Of a DNA stretch of 64,000 bases, positions 1 through 9,089 are shown piece by piece (position 1 is the stretch's first letter; each line of letters begins with the position of its first letter). The position numbers were made by a program, and so were the translations under genes. The notes below the pieces were generated by a model that did no database searches, was not told the DNA's origin, and saw nothing but the letters and a program-made list of their open reading frames with translations. This DNA comes from Rickettsiales bacterium (GTDB lineage Bacteria; Pseudomonadota; Alphaproteobacteria; Rickettsiales; JALZUV01). The stretch is from assembly GCA_029252805.1 (NCBI GenBank), contig JAQXAR010000027.1:35175-99174 (forward strand), read 5' to 3'.

Positions 1-650
1 TCCGCACCAATCGCCGCAGCGACAGCACCGGCTGCGGTATCGGCATTAATGTTATAGGTCTCGCCATCTTCGCCAATACCAATCGGCGCGATTACGGGAA
101 TAAAGTCAGACTTCGTGAATTCTTCCATAATGGCGGGGTTTACCTTTGTCGGCTCGCCTACAAACCCTAGATCCAACACGCTTTCAATATTGGAATCCGG
201 ATCTTTCTTCGTGCGCTGCAGCTTTTTGGCTTGAATGAGGTTACCATCTTTACCTGACAGCCCCATCGCTTGCCCGCCGGCTTTTTGAATCGCCGTAACG
301 ATAGATTTATTGATCGCGCCCGAAAGCACCATCTCCACCACATCAACAATACTCTCTGTGGTGACACGCAAGCCATCGACAAATTCGCTCTCAATATTCA
401 AACGCTTCAGCATGCTCGCAATTTGCGGCCCGCCGCCATGAACAACAACCGGGTGGATACCAATTTGTTTAAGCAGCACGATATCACGCGCGAATTTTTC
501 CGCGAGCGTATCATCGCCCATCGCATGACCGCCATATTTCACCACGAAAGTTTTACCCGCAAAATGACGCATATAAGGCAAAGCCGCGGCAACGGTTGCA
601 GCCGTGCGAAGCCATTTATCTTGGCGGCCAGATAGGGGGTATTTTTTCAT
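1..650 (-). CDS. argB: acetylglutamate kinase, 3' end cut by window edge
   Basis: The reverse frame is open from ATG 650..648 to position 1 and is absent from the ORF track because it has no stop in the window. Manual translation gives [57 protein letters not shown]..., which carries NAG-kinase/AAK motifs. The track ORFs at 167..635 are shadow frames. Confidence 0.9.
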   Translation of the reverse strand, partial: MKKYPLSGRQDKWLRTAATVAAALPYMRHFAGKTFVVKYGGHAMGDDTLAEKFARDIVLLKQIGIHPVVVHGGGPQIASMLKRLNIESEFVDGLRVTTESIVDVVEMVLSGAINKSIVTAIQKAGGQAMGLSGKDGNLIQAKKLQRTKKDPDSNIESVLDLGFVGEPTKVNPAIMEEFTKSDFIPVIAPIGIGEDGETYNINADTAAGAVAAAIGA

Positions 651-653
651 CGT

Positions 654-1253
654 TTAACTGCTCAGCAGCCCTTTAATTTCTTTACGGATAGCCTCTATAC
701 CATCATTCTTTTCAGAGCTGCTAGCGATAATTTCAGGATGCGCCGCGCCGCGCATACGCACGAAAGCTTCGCATTCATCTATCACTTTGGCGAGTTCCGT
801 CTGTTTGATTTTATCGACTTTTGTCAGGATTAATTGATAATTTACCGCTGAATCATCGAGCAACTTTATCATCTCAATATCAACGTCTTTGATACCATGG
901 CGGCTATCTATCAACAGGAATACTCGGCGTAAATTAGGACGACCCAGCAGGTATTCTTTCATCGTCTTATGCCATTTTTTTATATCGTCTTTGCTCGCAC
1001 GCGCGTAGCCGTAACCTGGAATATCGACGAGGAAGAACTGCTCATCCACTTCGAAAAAATTGAGTGCCTGTGTGCGCCCTGGAGTATTAGAAGTACGCGC
1101 CAGCTGCTTGCGGCCAGTCAGTGCATTTAATAAGCTGGATTTCCCAACATTTGAACGCCCTGCGAACGTCACTTCCATGGCTTTCGGTGGGGGCACATAG
1201 TCTAACGTTGGGCAGCTCATAATGAACTCCGCATTTTTGAAATTTACCGCCAT
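654..1253 (-). CDS. engB: ribosome biogenesis GTP-binding protein YihA/EngB
   Basis: 199 aa with G1 motif GRSNVGKSS, then TPGRTQ and DIPGYG. It sits 3 nt upstream of argB. Confidence 0.9.
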   Translation of the reverse strand: MAVNFKNAEFIMSCPTLDYVPPPKAMEVTFAGRSNVGKSSLLNALTGRKQLARTSNTPGRTQALNFFEVDEQFFLVDIPGYGYARASKDDIKKWHKTMKEYLLGRPNLRRVFLLIDSRHGIKDVDIEMIKLLDDSAVNYQLILTKVDKIKQTELAKVIDECEAFVRMRGAAHPEIIASSSEKNDGIEAIRKEIKGLLSS

Positions 1254-1257
1254 TTAG

Positions 1258-2031
1258 CTACGCCGCATCTTCCTGCTGGCTTAACTCATCCAACATACGA
1301 TTTAATTGTTTACGAATAATCTTCAGATGCTTCTCCGATGACATACGATGATCGCCATCATCCACTAACAGAGTGCGGACATCTTTACTGGCGAGTTTCT
1401 CATTCAATGTCATGGCGAATTCCCATGGCACATCCTCATCCTTCATGCCGTGCACAAGCATCACCGGGCAATTAATATCGATATTGCCATCAAGCACGAG
1501 ATGCTCGCCACTTTCAGCAATCAGGTTCATGGTGATCTTATAAGGCTCTTCATCGTAGCAATTGGGGATTTCAATGACGCCTTTTTCGCGCATTTCAGTT
1601 TGCTGCTCCGGCGTAAATTTATCCCACATCAGTAATTCCGTGAAATCAGGCGCTGCCGCAATACCGAGCAAACCGGCGACTTTCTTCGGACGTTTGAGTG
1701 CGACAAGCAGCATCAACCAACCGCCCATCGACGAACCAACAAGGATTTGTGGTTTTCCGCCCGCAAGTTCATCCAGCACCGCAATCGCGTTATCGGCCCA
1801 ACGACCGATCGTACCTTCAACAAAAGCACCGCCCGATTCACCATGACCAAAATAATCAAAACGAATGAATTGCTGACCACGCTCTTTACAGAACTCTTCC
1901 AAAGCCATGGCTTTACTGCCCGTCATATCAGAGCGGAAACCGCCTAAAAAGATAACCCCCGGTGTTTCACCGTCGGTTTTATGATACGCTATTTCACCCC
2001 CATCAGGGCATTTGAACATCTGTGGCTTCAT
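1258..2031 (-). CDS. alpha/beta hydrolase fold protein
   Basis: 257 aa with nucleophile elbow GSSMGG and a C-terminal DGDH region. Confidence 0.7.
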   Translation of the reverse strand: MKPQMFKCPDGGEIAYHKTDGETPGVIFLGGFRSDMTGSKAMALEEFCKERGQQFIRFDYFGHGESGGAFVEGTIGRWADNAIAVLDELAGGKPQILVGSSMGGWLMLLVALKRPKKVAGLLGIAAAPDFTELLMWDKFTPEQQTEMREKGVIEIPNCYDEEPYKITMNLIAESGEHLVLDGNIDINCPVMLVHGMKDEDVPWEFAMTLNEKLASKDVRTLLVDDGDHRMSSEKHLKIIRKQLNRMLDELSQQEDAA

Positions 2032-2111
2032 TTTTACTGGTATCTTTCTTATCTAATCAGTAACAGTGTTGCCATTGTTGAAGGTAAATGAACGGTTAAT
2101 CAATAGTAATT

Positions 2112-3272
2112 ATGGTTAAAGTACTCCAAGTGCTCCCCGAGCTAGGTAGTGGCGGCGTTGAACGTGGCACGGTTGAAGTCGCACGCGCATTGCAAGAGTC
2201 AGGCTCACAGGCTTTAGTCGCCTCTGCAGGCGGCGTCATGGTCGATGAACTAACCCGATACGGCGCCACGCATTTCGAACTCCCACTCACCAGCAAAAAC
2301 CCATTCACTATGTGGCAAAACGTGCTACGCCTAAGCGAGATCATCAAACGCGAGAAAGTTGAGATCGTCCATGCACGTTCGCGCGCGCCGGCTTGGTCGG
2401 CTTATTATGCCGCCAAACGCACAGGCGTTCCCTTTATCACCACCTTCCACGGCGTTTATAATGGCTACGGCAAAGGCTTAAAGCACCGCTATAACGAGAT
2501 CATGACCCGTGGCGAACGTATCATCGCCGTTTCCAATTTCGTCGGCGAACACGTCGCCAAAGAATATGGCGCTTCCTCTGATATTATCCGTGTAATTCAT
2601 CGCGGCGCCGATGTGGAATATTTCCATCCAGAGAAAAGCAGCGGCGTACGCACGATGGATCTCTGCCAAAAATGGCATCTGCCGGAAGGGCTTCCTGTTA
2701 TCCTACTGCCTGGCCGCCTCACCCGTTGGAAAGGGCAACATGTGCTGCTCAAAGCACTCAGCCAGCTACCGCATCGCCAGTTTTATTGCGTACTCCTAGG
2801 CGAACAAGGCAAACACCCTGGCTATAAACGCGAGTTAGAAAAACTTGTCGAAAAATATAAACTACACGGGCATGTCCGCATGGCCGGCACCTCACGCGAT
2901 ATGCGTGATGCCTATAATGTGGCTGATGTGGTTATCTCGCCGGCCATAGAGCCGGAAGCTTTTGGCCGTGTGCCGGTCGAGGCGCAAGCGATGGGAAAAC
3001 CAATCATTGCCACCTCGCATGGCGGTGCGATGGAGACCGTGATGACTGGCGAGACGGGAACGGGATGGCTCGTGCCTCCCGGAGATTCTAAGGCACTCTC
3101 GCAAGCGATTGAACAAGCCCTCATGCTCGATGAGAATTCAAAGCAAGCTCTCGCCCAGAATGCACGTCAACATGTGGTTGCAAACTTCAGTACCGAAGCC
3201 ATGTGTAACAAGGTACTTGGCGTGTATGACCAGGTGATTAAAGATCGAAAACTAGTGCCAAAAGCCGCTTAA
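2112..3272 (+). CDS. glycosyltransferase family 4 (GT-B, group 1)
   Basis: 386 aa. The N-terminus has LPELGSGGVERG and the C-terminal half has EPEAFGRVPVEAQAMGKPIIAT, the EX7E-type GT4 signature. Confidence 0.8.
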   Translation: MVKVLQVLPELGSGGVERGTVEVARALQESGSQALVASAGGVMVDELTRYGATHFELPLTSKNPFTMWQNVLRLSEIIKREKVEIVHARSRAPAWSAYYAAKRTGVPFITTFHGVYNGYGKGLKHRYNEIMTRGERIIAVSNFVGEHVAKEYGASSDIIRVIHRGADVEYFHPEKSSGVRTMDLCQKWHLPEGLPVILLPGRLTRWKGQHVLLKALSQLPHRQFYCVLLGEQGKHPGYKRELEKLVEKYKLHGHVRMAGTSRDMRDAYNVADVVISPAIEPEAFGRVPVEAQAMGKPIIATSHGGAMETVMTGETGTGWLVPPGDSKALSQAIEQALMLDENSKQALAQNARQHVVANFSTEAMCNKVLGVYDQVIKDRKLVPKAA

Positions 3273-4171
3273 ATTTTTACCTCATGCAACGAGCCACCTT
3301 CGACTGAAGAGGTCCTGACTTGCTCTTCACACCCGATCATGATCGCTTCAGGAGTCGCTTCACCAATCATATGGAAAGCAATACTAATTTCCGGATCTAC
3401 ACGTTTCCCTGTATCCAAAATCACTGGCATCGAAGCGGCTGACCAACGTAAACGGTTCAGCACCAAACGTGCTGATTCAGGCGTTATTTGCATCAGAATA
3501 AGCCCTAAAGCCTGCCCTGAAAACAAACCCACCGTATCTTCAGTACGCAAACGCTGCGCACAAAGCTGTCCAAGATGCTTCAACACCTGATACGGCACCT
3601 GCGCGCCCATCATCGCCGAAAGTTCTGCCGTATTATCTAACTGCAATACTGCAAAACAAGCCGTTGCTTCGCGCTTCTTGGCAAAAAATTGAAATAGCTC
3701 AAGATCCTTCATAAGCGAGGAACGGTTAGGTAGCCCTGTTTGTTCTTCGAGCACTTCATGCCCACGGAAATTCTCTTTCAGAACCTCCTTAAAGCCATCA
3801 TTTTCCAGAGCCACACGCTCATCTTCCAACACAAGGTGGAAAGTTGGATTAGAGTCCATCACCTCTGAACGCACGACACGTAGGCGAAATTCTTGCATCG
3901 CACCGTTTTTTGTTTTTAAGCTGAGCTTGCGCACGCGCATCAACGCATCGGCCACATCATCTTGTCCTACAACAAAGTGGATACGCTCATCCAAAACCTC
4001 ACGTAAATTATCATCAACAAGCTCGTGCAGGCGCTTACCCACCACTTCCTCGCTACTGTAACCTGTGATCTTCTTGGCTTGCTCGTTAATAGCGGCAACC
4101 TCAATGCGTTGCGCATTATTATCCTGACACACGATCAAAACCGCGTCATGACGACGATAAGTGTTTAACAT
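3269..4171 (-). CDS. PAS domain protein with degenerate GGDEF domain (SGQAL in place of GGDEF, RxxD I-site retained)
   Basis: 300 aa. There is an N-terminal PAS-like region, then the GGDEF-domain entry motif TGLPNRSSL. The active-site position reads LFSGQAL, and RTED lies exactly 5 residues upstream of it. Confidence 0.7.
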   Translation of the reverse strand: MLNTYRRHDAVLIVCQDNNAQRIEVAAINEQAKKITGYSSEEVVGKRLHELVDDNLREVLDERIHFVVGQDDVADALMRVRKLSLKTKNGAMQEFRLRVVRSEVMDSNPTFHLVLEDERVALENDGFKEVLKENFRGHEVLEEQTGLPNRSSLMKDLELFQFFAKKREATACFAVLQLDNTAELSAMMGAQVPYQVLKHLGQLCAQRLRTEDTVGLFSGQALGLILMQITPESARLVLNRLRWSAASMPVILDTGKRVDPEISIAFHMIGEATPEAIMIGCEEQVRTSSVEGGSLHEVKI

Positions 4172-4245
4172 AGATCAATCCTTCGTTGCTCATCCAGCTG
4201 TATCACTATAAACATTAAATTGTTAAAAACGGGTTAAAAAACAAA

Positions 4246-4506
4246 ATGAACGACCATAAGAAGCGATTACGTTACCAAAGCTGGCACCGAGGCTGCAAAG
4301 AGACCGATGATATTCTCGGCCCTTTCGCCGATGCATGGCTACCTAAGGCCGAAGATATAAGCGCCTTTGAAGCCCTTTTAGAGGAAGATGATTGGGATAT
4401 TTACCGCTGGCTGACCGACGCCCAAGCCAAACCCGAAGAACACAAATCCATCATCGCCGAGATTCAAACCTTTCAGATGGCTAAAGTAAAACTCAAGAAT
4501 GCCTAA
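4246..4506 (+). CDS. sdhE: FAD assembly factor SdhE (SDHAF2/DUF339 family)
   Basis: 86 aa with the RGxxE motif (WHRGCKETDDILGPF) and LLEEDDWDIYRWL. It overlaps the mfd start by 8 nt. Confidence 0.85.
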   Translation: MNDHKKRLRYQSWHRGCKETDDILGPFADAWLPKAEDISAFEALLEEDDWDIYRWLTDAQAKPEEHKSIIAEIQTFQMAKVKLKNA

Positions 4507-7500
4507 CCACTTTATCTATTCAGACACCCCTAAGGAGGCGGAGGCCTTTGTTGCGGCTCGGGTGAGTCATGAGTCGGCTAAGCCGGTTTTATTCGTTGCG
4601 CCTAATGATCGCGAGATGGATTTAGCGGTGCAGCAGCTTCAAGCCTTTGCGAAAAGCGCGGTCATCCTGCCCTTGCCGGCATGGGATTGCCTGCCTTATG
4701 ATCGCAGTTCGCCGAAACATTCTTTGATGGCGCAAAGGCTCTCCACGCTGTCGCATATTTTAAACACACCGCCGGGCAAGCGTCTGATTATCGTCACGAC
4801 GATTAATGCGCTCACACAGAAACTCCCGCCGCGCAGCTCGATTGAGCATGCGACGCTCTTGCTGACTCAAGGCTCGGACCTCAACCGCGATGCGCTGATG
4901 CGTTACTTGGTCGCCAATGGCTATACGCGCGTGAGTAAGGTGATGGAACCCGGCGAATTTGCCCTACGCGGAAATATTATTGACCTCTTTCCGAGCGGCT
5001 ATGAACATGGCTGTCGTATTGATCTGTTCGGCGATGAGATTGAATCAATCCAAGGATTTGATCCGCTCAGCCAGCGCTCCGATAAGAAGGAAATTGGGGA
5101 GATCACCCTGCACCCTGTGAGCGAAGTGCTACTTGATGAGAAATCTATCGAACGCTTCCGCGATAATTACCGTGAAAGCTTCGGCGCAATTAGCAAACCG
5201 GATCAACTCTATAATTCCATCAGCCAAGGCCATACGCACCCGGGAATGGAACATTGGTTGCCGCTATTTTACGGGCACCTCGACACGCTCTATACTTACC
5301 TGCCGGATGATGTGATTACGATATTCGCGCATCAAACCGAAATTGCCCGCACGGACCGATGTGAGGTGATTGACGATTATTTCCAAGCACGTAGTCAGAT
5401 GATTATCCGTGACGCGGCGATCTATCACCCGCTCCCCCCCGCACGGCTTTACGTGATGGAGGATGAATGGCAAGTGCTCACCCATAATATTCAGCACATC
5501 ACCCTCTCGCCCTTTTCGGATGCGAAAGGTGCCAGCCAAGCCATCAAACAGGGACGTGAATTTTCCGGTGAAAGACGCGATGGCAAGAACCCGTTCGAGT
5601 TTGCAAGAACGTATATTCAGCAACAGATTAATGATGGCAAGCAGATCTTTATCGCCTCTATCTCTGATGGCTCGCAGGAGAATTTAAAAGAGAAACTGAC
5701 ACTCGCGGCCAAAACAAAAATCGTGACCGTGCCGCTAGCGCGCGGGTTCGTTTCGAACAGAGTCGCTGTTATTTCGGAGCAAGATATCCTCGGCGAGCGC
5801 CGTGTACAGAAACGTACAAAGCGCAGAACCTCCGAACAGTTTTTCGCCGAAGCCGCCAACTTCACCGAAGGCGAATTGGTCGTGCATAAGGAAAATGGCA
5901 TTGGCCGCTTTGAAGGACTTGTCACCGTCGAAGCAGGAGGCATAAGCCATGATTGCCTCAAGCTCGTTTACGCTGAAAACTCTCGCCTGTTCCTGCCGGT
6001 TGAAAATATTGATATCATCACCCGCTACGGCGATGTAGGTGACGGCGATGGCGAAAACTTGCTGGACAAACTCGGCGCGAGTAACTGGCAAAACCGTAAA
6101 GCACGCCTCAAAGAACGCATCAAAATGGCAGCGGAAGAATTGCTGAAAATTGCCGCGAAACGTAATATCGCCAAAGCGCCGATTCTCAGTCCCGCAGAAG
6201 GACTCTATGACGAGTTTTGTCGTCGCTTCCCTTTTGTCGAAACCGAAGATCAGCAGAGTTCTATTGATAATGTTTTGGAAGATTTTAGCACAGGCCGTCC
6301 GGCAGATCGTCTGATTTGCGGCGATGTTGGATTCGGCAAAACCGAAGTTGCATTACGTGCTGCATTCGTTGCGGCGACGGCGGCTGAAGGTGGCGTGCAA
6401 GTTGCACTGATCGCGCCAACCACCCTACTCGTTCGCCAACATGTTAAAACGTTTCAGGAACGTTTCAAAGGGCTTCCGATTGAAATTCGCCAACTGTCTC
6501 GTCTCGTCAGCGCGAAGGAAACTAAACAGACCATCGAGCTTATTGAACAAGGAAAAATCGATATTGTGATCGGCACGCATGCACTACTGGCCGAACGCAT
6601 TAAGTTCAAAGATCTTGGCCTACTAATCGTCGATGAAGAACAGCACTTTGGCGTAAAACAAAAAGAAAAACTCAAAGCGCTACGCAGTAATATCCACGTC
6701 ATCACCCTTTCTGCGACGCCGATTCCGCGCACCTTGCAGATGGCGCTGACCGGCGTGCGCGACCTCTCGCTTATTACGACTCCGCCCGTTGATCGCCTTG
6801 CCATTCGCACCTTCGTGTCGCCTTATGATCCGGTTATGATCCGCGAGGCACTGTTGCGCGAATTCCATCGTGGCGGCCAGAGTTTTTATGTGACCCCTTA
6901 TATTAAAGATATTGCCGAACTCAAAAACCGCATCACCGATCTAGTGCCGGAAATTAAAGTCATCGTAGCCCATGGGCAGATGCCAGCCAGCGAATTAGAC
7001 ACACTGATGAATGACTTTTATGAAGGCAAATATGATGTACTCATGTCGACCAGTATTATCGAATCCGGTATTGATATCCCAACTGCCAATACGCTGATTG
7101 TCAACCGCGCGGATCGCTTTGGCTTGTCGCAACTGTACCAACTTCGCGGGCGTGTTGGACGAAGCAAAACCCGTGCTTACGCTTACCTCACCTTGCCGCA
7201 TAACAAGCATTTCACCGCCAATGCGATGCGCCGTTTAGAGGTCATGCAAACGCTTGATACGCTCGGCGCAGGCTTCACCGTTGCCAGTCACGATATGGAA
7301 ATTCGCGGCTTTGGGAATTTAGTGGGCGAAGAACAGTCCGGTCAAATCCGCGAAGTAGGTGTGGAACTTTACCAACATATGTTGGAAGAAGCCGTACAAA
7401 AAGCGCGCAAGGATAAGACCGCCGAGGAATCTGCCGCGATCCAAGATTGGAGCCCGCAAATCAAGCTCGGCCTATCGGTACTTATTCCGGAAGAGTACGT

Positions 7501-7921
7501 CTCTGATCTCGATTTACGCCTCGGCCTTTACCGCCGTGCGGGCACGCTTAGCAGCAATGAACAAATTGATGATTTCGCGTTGGAGCTGACCGATCGCTTT
7601 GGGAAATCACCTGAAACGGTTGAGCATTTCCTCGAAACGCTGCGCCTCAAGCTTCTTTGTCGCGAGGCGAAAATTGAACGTATTGATGCCGGGCCGAAAG
7701 GGATCGTCCTCACCTTCTATCAAAATAAAGTGAATAATCCGCAAGCACTGATGGAATTTATCAATCAGCATAAACAACAAATTAAAATCCGCGCCGATCA
7801 GAAATTGGTCATGACCTACGATGCACGCCATCGCCAACAATCGCAGCGCTTGGCGTTCTTACATCAGATATTAGAGAAATTGGCGAAGCTAAATAGCCCT
7901 CGTTCAGATAAAGCGGCTTAG
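4499..7921 (+). CDS. mfd: transcription-repair coupling factor
   Basis: 1140 aa with Walker A GDVGFGKTEVA, DExH box VDEEQHFG, and helicase motif QLRGRVGRS. Confidence 0.95.
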   Translation: MPNHFIYSDTPKEAEAFVAARVSHESAKPVLFVAPNDREMDLAVQQLQAFAKSAVILPLPAWDCLPYDRSSPKHSLMAQRLSTLSHILNTPPGKRLIIVTTINALTQKLPPRSSIEHATLLLTQGSDLNRDALMRYLVANGYTRVSKVMEPGEFALRGNIIDLFPSGYEHGCRIDLFGDEIESIQGFDPLSQRSDKKEIGEITLHPVSEVLLDEKSIERFRDNYRESFGAISKPDQLYNSISQGHTHPGMEHWLPLFYGHLDTLYTYLPDDVITIFAHQTEIARTDRCEVIDDYFQARSQMIIRDAAIYHPLPPARLYVMEDEWQVLTHNIQHITLSPFSDAKGASQAIKQGREFSGERRDGKNPFEFARTYIQQQINDGKQIFIASISDGSQENLKEKLTLAAKTKIVTVPLARGFVSNRVAVISEQDILGERRVQKRTKRRTSEQFFAEAANFTEGELVVHKENGIGRFEGLVTVEAGGISHDCLKLVYAENSRLFLPVENIDIITRYGDVGDGDGENLLDKLGASNWQNRKARLKERIKMAAEELLKIAAKRNIAKAPILSPAEGLYDEFCRRFPFVETEDQQSSIDNVLEDFSTGRPADRLICGDVGFGKTEVALRAAFVAATAAEGGVQVALIAPTTLLVRQHVKTFQERFKGLPIEIRQLSRLVSAKETKQTIELIEQGKIDIVIGTHALLAERIKFKDLGLLIVDEEQHFGVKQKEKLKALRSNIHVITLSATPIPRTLQMALTGVRDLSLITTPPVDRLAIRTFVSPYDPVMIREALLREFHRGGQSFYVTPYIKDIAELKNRITDLVPEIKVIVAHGQMPASELDTLMNDFYEGKYDVLMSTSIIESGIDIPTANTLIVNRADRFGLSQLYQLRGRVGRSKTRAYAYLTLPHNKHFTANAMRRLEVMQTLDTLGAGFTVASHDMEIRGFGNLVGEEQSGQIREVGVELYQHMLEEAVQKARKDKTAEESAAIQDWSPQIKLGLSVLIPEEYVSDLDLRLGLYRRAGTLSSNEQIDDFALELTDRFGKSPETVEHFLETLRLKLLCREAKIERIDAGPKGIVLTFYQNKVNNPQALMEFINQHKQQIKIRADQKLVMTYDARHRQQSQRLAFLHQILEKLAKLNSPRSDKAA

Positions 7922-8886
7922 CCACCTAATAAAGTCGTCGCCGAGGCCGCTTTCAGTTTATCCTCTTCAACTTTTTCAACATTACTTGCCGCAGGCGCAT
8001 TTCCTAGAATTTTATCGATCGGAGCTTTGGCACCCACTGTATCCAGTACTTTATCTAACGCACTTTCTTTTCCCTCAGGCGCGGTGATACCAACCGTATC
8101 GGTCATCTTCTGCAAGGTGTTTCGTTTTTCTTCCTGTGGATGGGGTCTCTGAGCCGCCGCTACGGGCTTTGTTGGCACCGAGACAATAGGCGCTACGGGT
8201 GCAGGAGGCTTCGCCGCCGCTTCCGCGCGTGTTTTCAACATTCCCGCCGAAAGGTCGCGAATCATATTATATTGTAGTTCTTGGGCTTGCACTATGAGTT
8301 GCTGATTTTTAATCGACAGCTCCTCTCCTTGCACCGCTATTCCTTCAATTTCTTTTTTGATGGGTTTGCTTGTAAATTGATCAGCAATTGCACCACCAGC
8401 CAAAGAGGTTGCCACCATGGTTGCAATTCCTCCCCCCCATTTTTTCCAGCCCTTATCAAGTCCTTTTAACCATTTTGCATGAACACCATAGGTTGCTATC
8501 GCACCCACAACCACGCCGATAACTGTGCTGATCATTGTACTTTTCTTAAGCTTGTTTTCAGCCAAATCCGTTGCTTTATTGCCCATCTCTTCAAGCTTTT
8601 GGTTTAGCTGATCGCTCTGCGCTATAACCCCTTCAATCGCCGCCTTGAACTCATCGGGCTGCAAACCATATTCGCGCATAATACCGTTGCGCTCTTTTTC
8701 GCGAGCCGGGTCTTGTAACTCAAAAACATTATTCAACACTTCTGCGGCCATCTTTTGATGCGCTGGGTTATTCGCATCCAAGCCGGTTTTTTGCACGATA
8801 TCGAGCAGCAGCTTGGTCTGCATTTCTTGAGCCGCTGCCTGTTCGGTTTGGGCTTGCATATTCGGGTCGTTTTGTGTGTTTTCCAT
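7918..8886 (-). CDS. hypothetical membrane protein, coiled-coil with two Gly-zipper-like TM helices
   Basis: 322 aa. It has a Q/E-rich N-terminus, TM segments STVIGVVVGAIATYG and GGIATMVATSLAGGAIA, and a P/A-rich tail with repeated DTVG..AP motifs. I recognise no family. Confidence 0.55.
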   Translation of the reverse strand: MENTQNDPNMQAQTEQAAAQEMQTKLLLDIVQKTGLDANNPAHQKMAAEVLNNVFELQDPAREKERNGIMREYGLQPDEFKAAIEGVIAQSDQLNQKLEEMGNKATDLAENKLKKSTMISTVIGVVVGAIATYGVHAKWLKGLDKGWKKWGGGIATMVATSLAGGAIADQFTSKPIKKEIEGIAVQGEELSIKNQQLIVQAQELQYNMIRDLSAGMLKTRAEAAAKPPAPVAPIVSVPTKPVAAAQRPHPQEEKRNTLQKMTDTVGITAPEGKESALDKVLDTVGAKAPIDKILGNAPAASNVEKVEEDKLKAASATTLLGG

Positions 8887-9089
8887 ACTCCTAATATAGC
8901 AAAGCCAATTGAGCGCGTGTGTTACAGTTTTGTGAAGATATCATCATCGCGGATGTCGCGCCGCTAATCCAGAGTCTCCTGCCGTTAGAACCTCTAAGAT
9001 TGCCTCGTCGATACCACAGCATTCCTCGCAATGATAAATTGTCTAAAATCAGCTCTTGCAGCGGGTTTGAGAGCTGGTATAGATAGGCA

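Noticed and set aside
167-635. Track ORFs 167..394 (-) and 270..635 (+)
   Set aside because: Both lie inside the argB reading frame, which has clear NAG-kinase motifs. Their translations are low-quality shadow frames.
9050-9076. 7-bp stem (CAGCTCT/AGAGCTG) with 13-nt loop just upstream of parE
   Set aside because: The stem is weak, the loop is large, and I know of no regulatory precedent.
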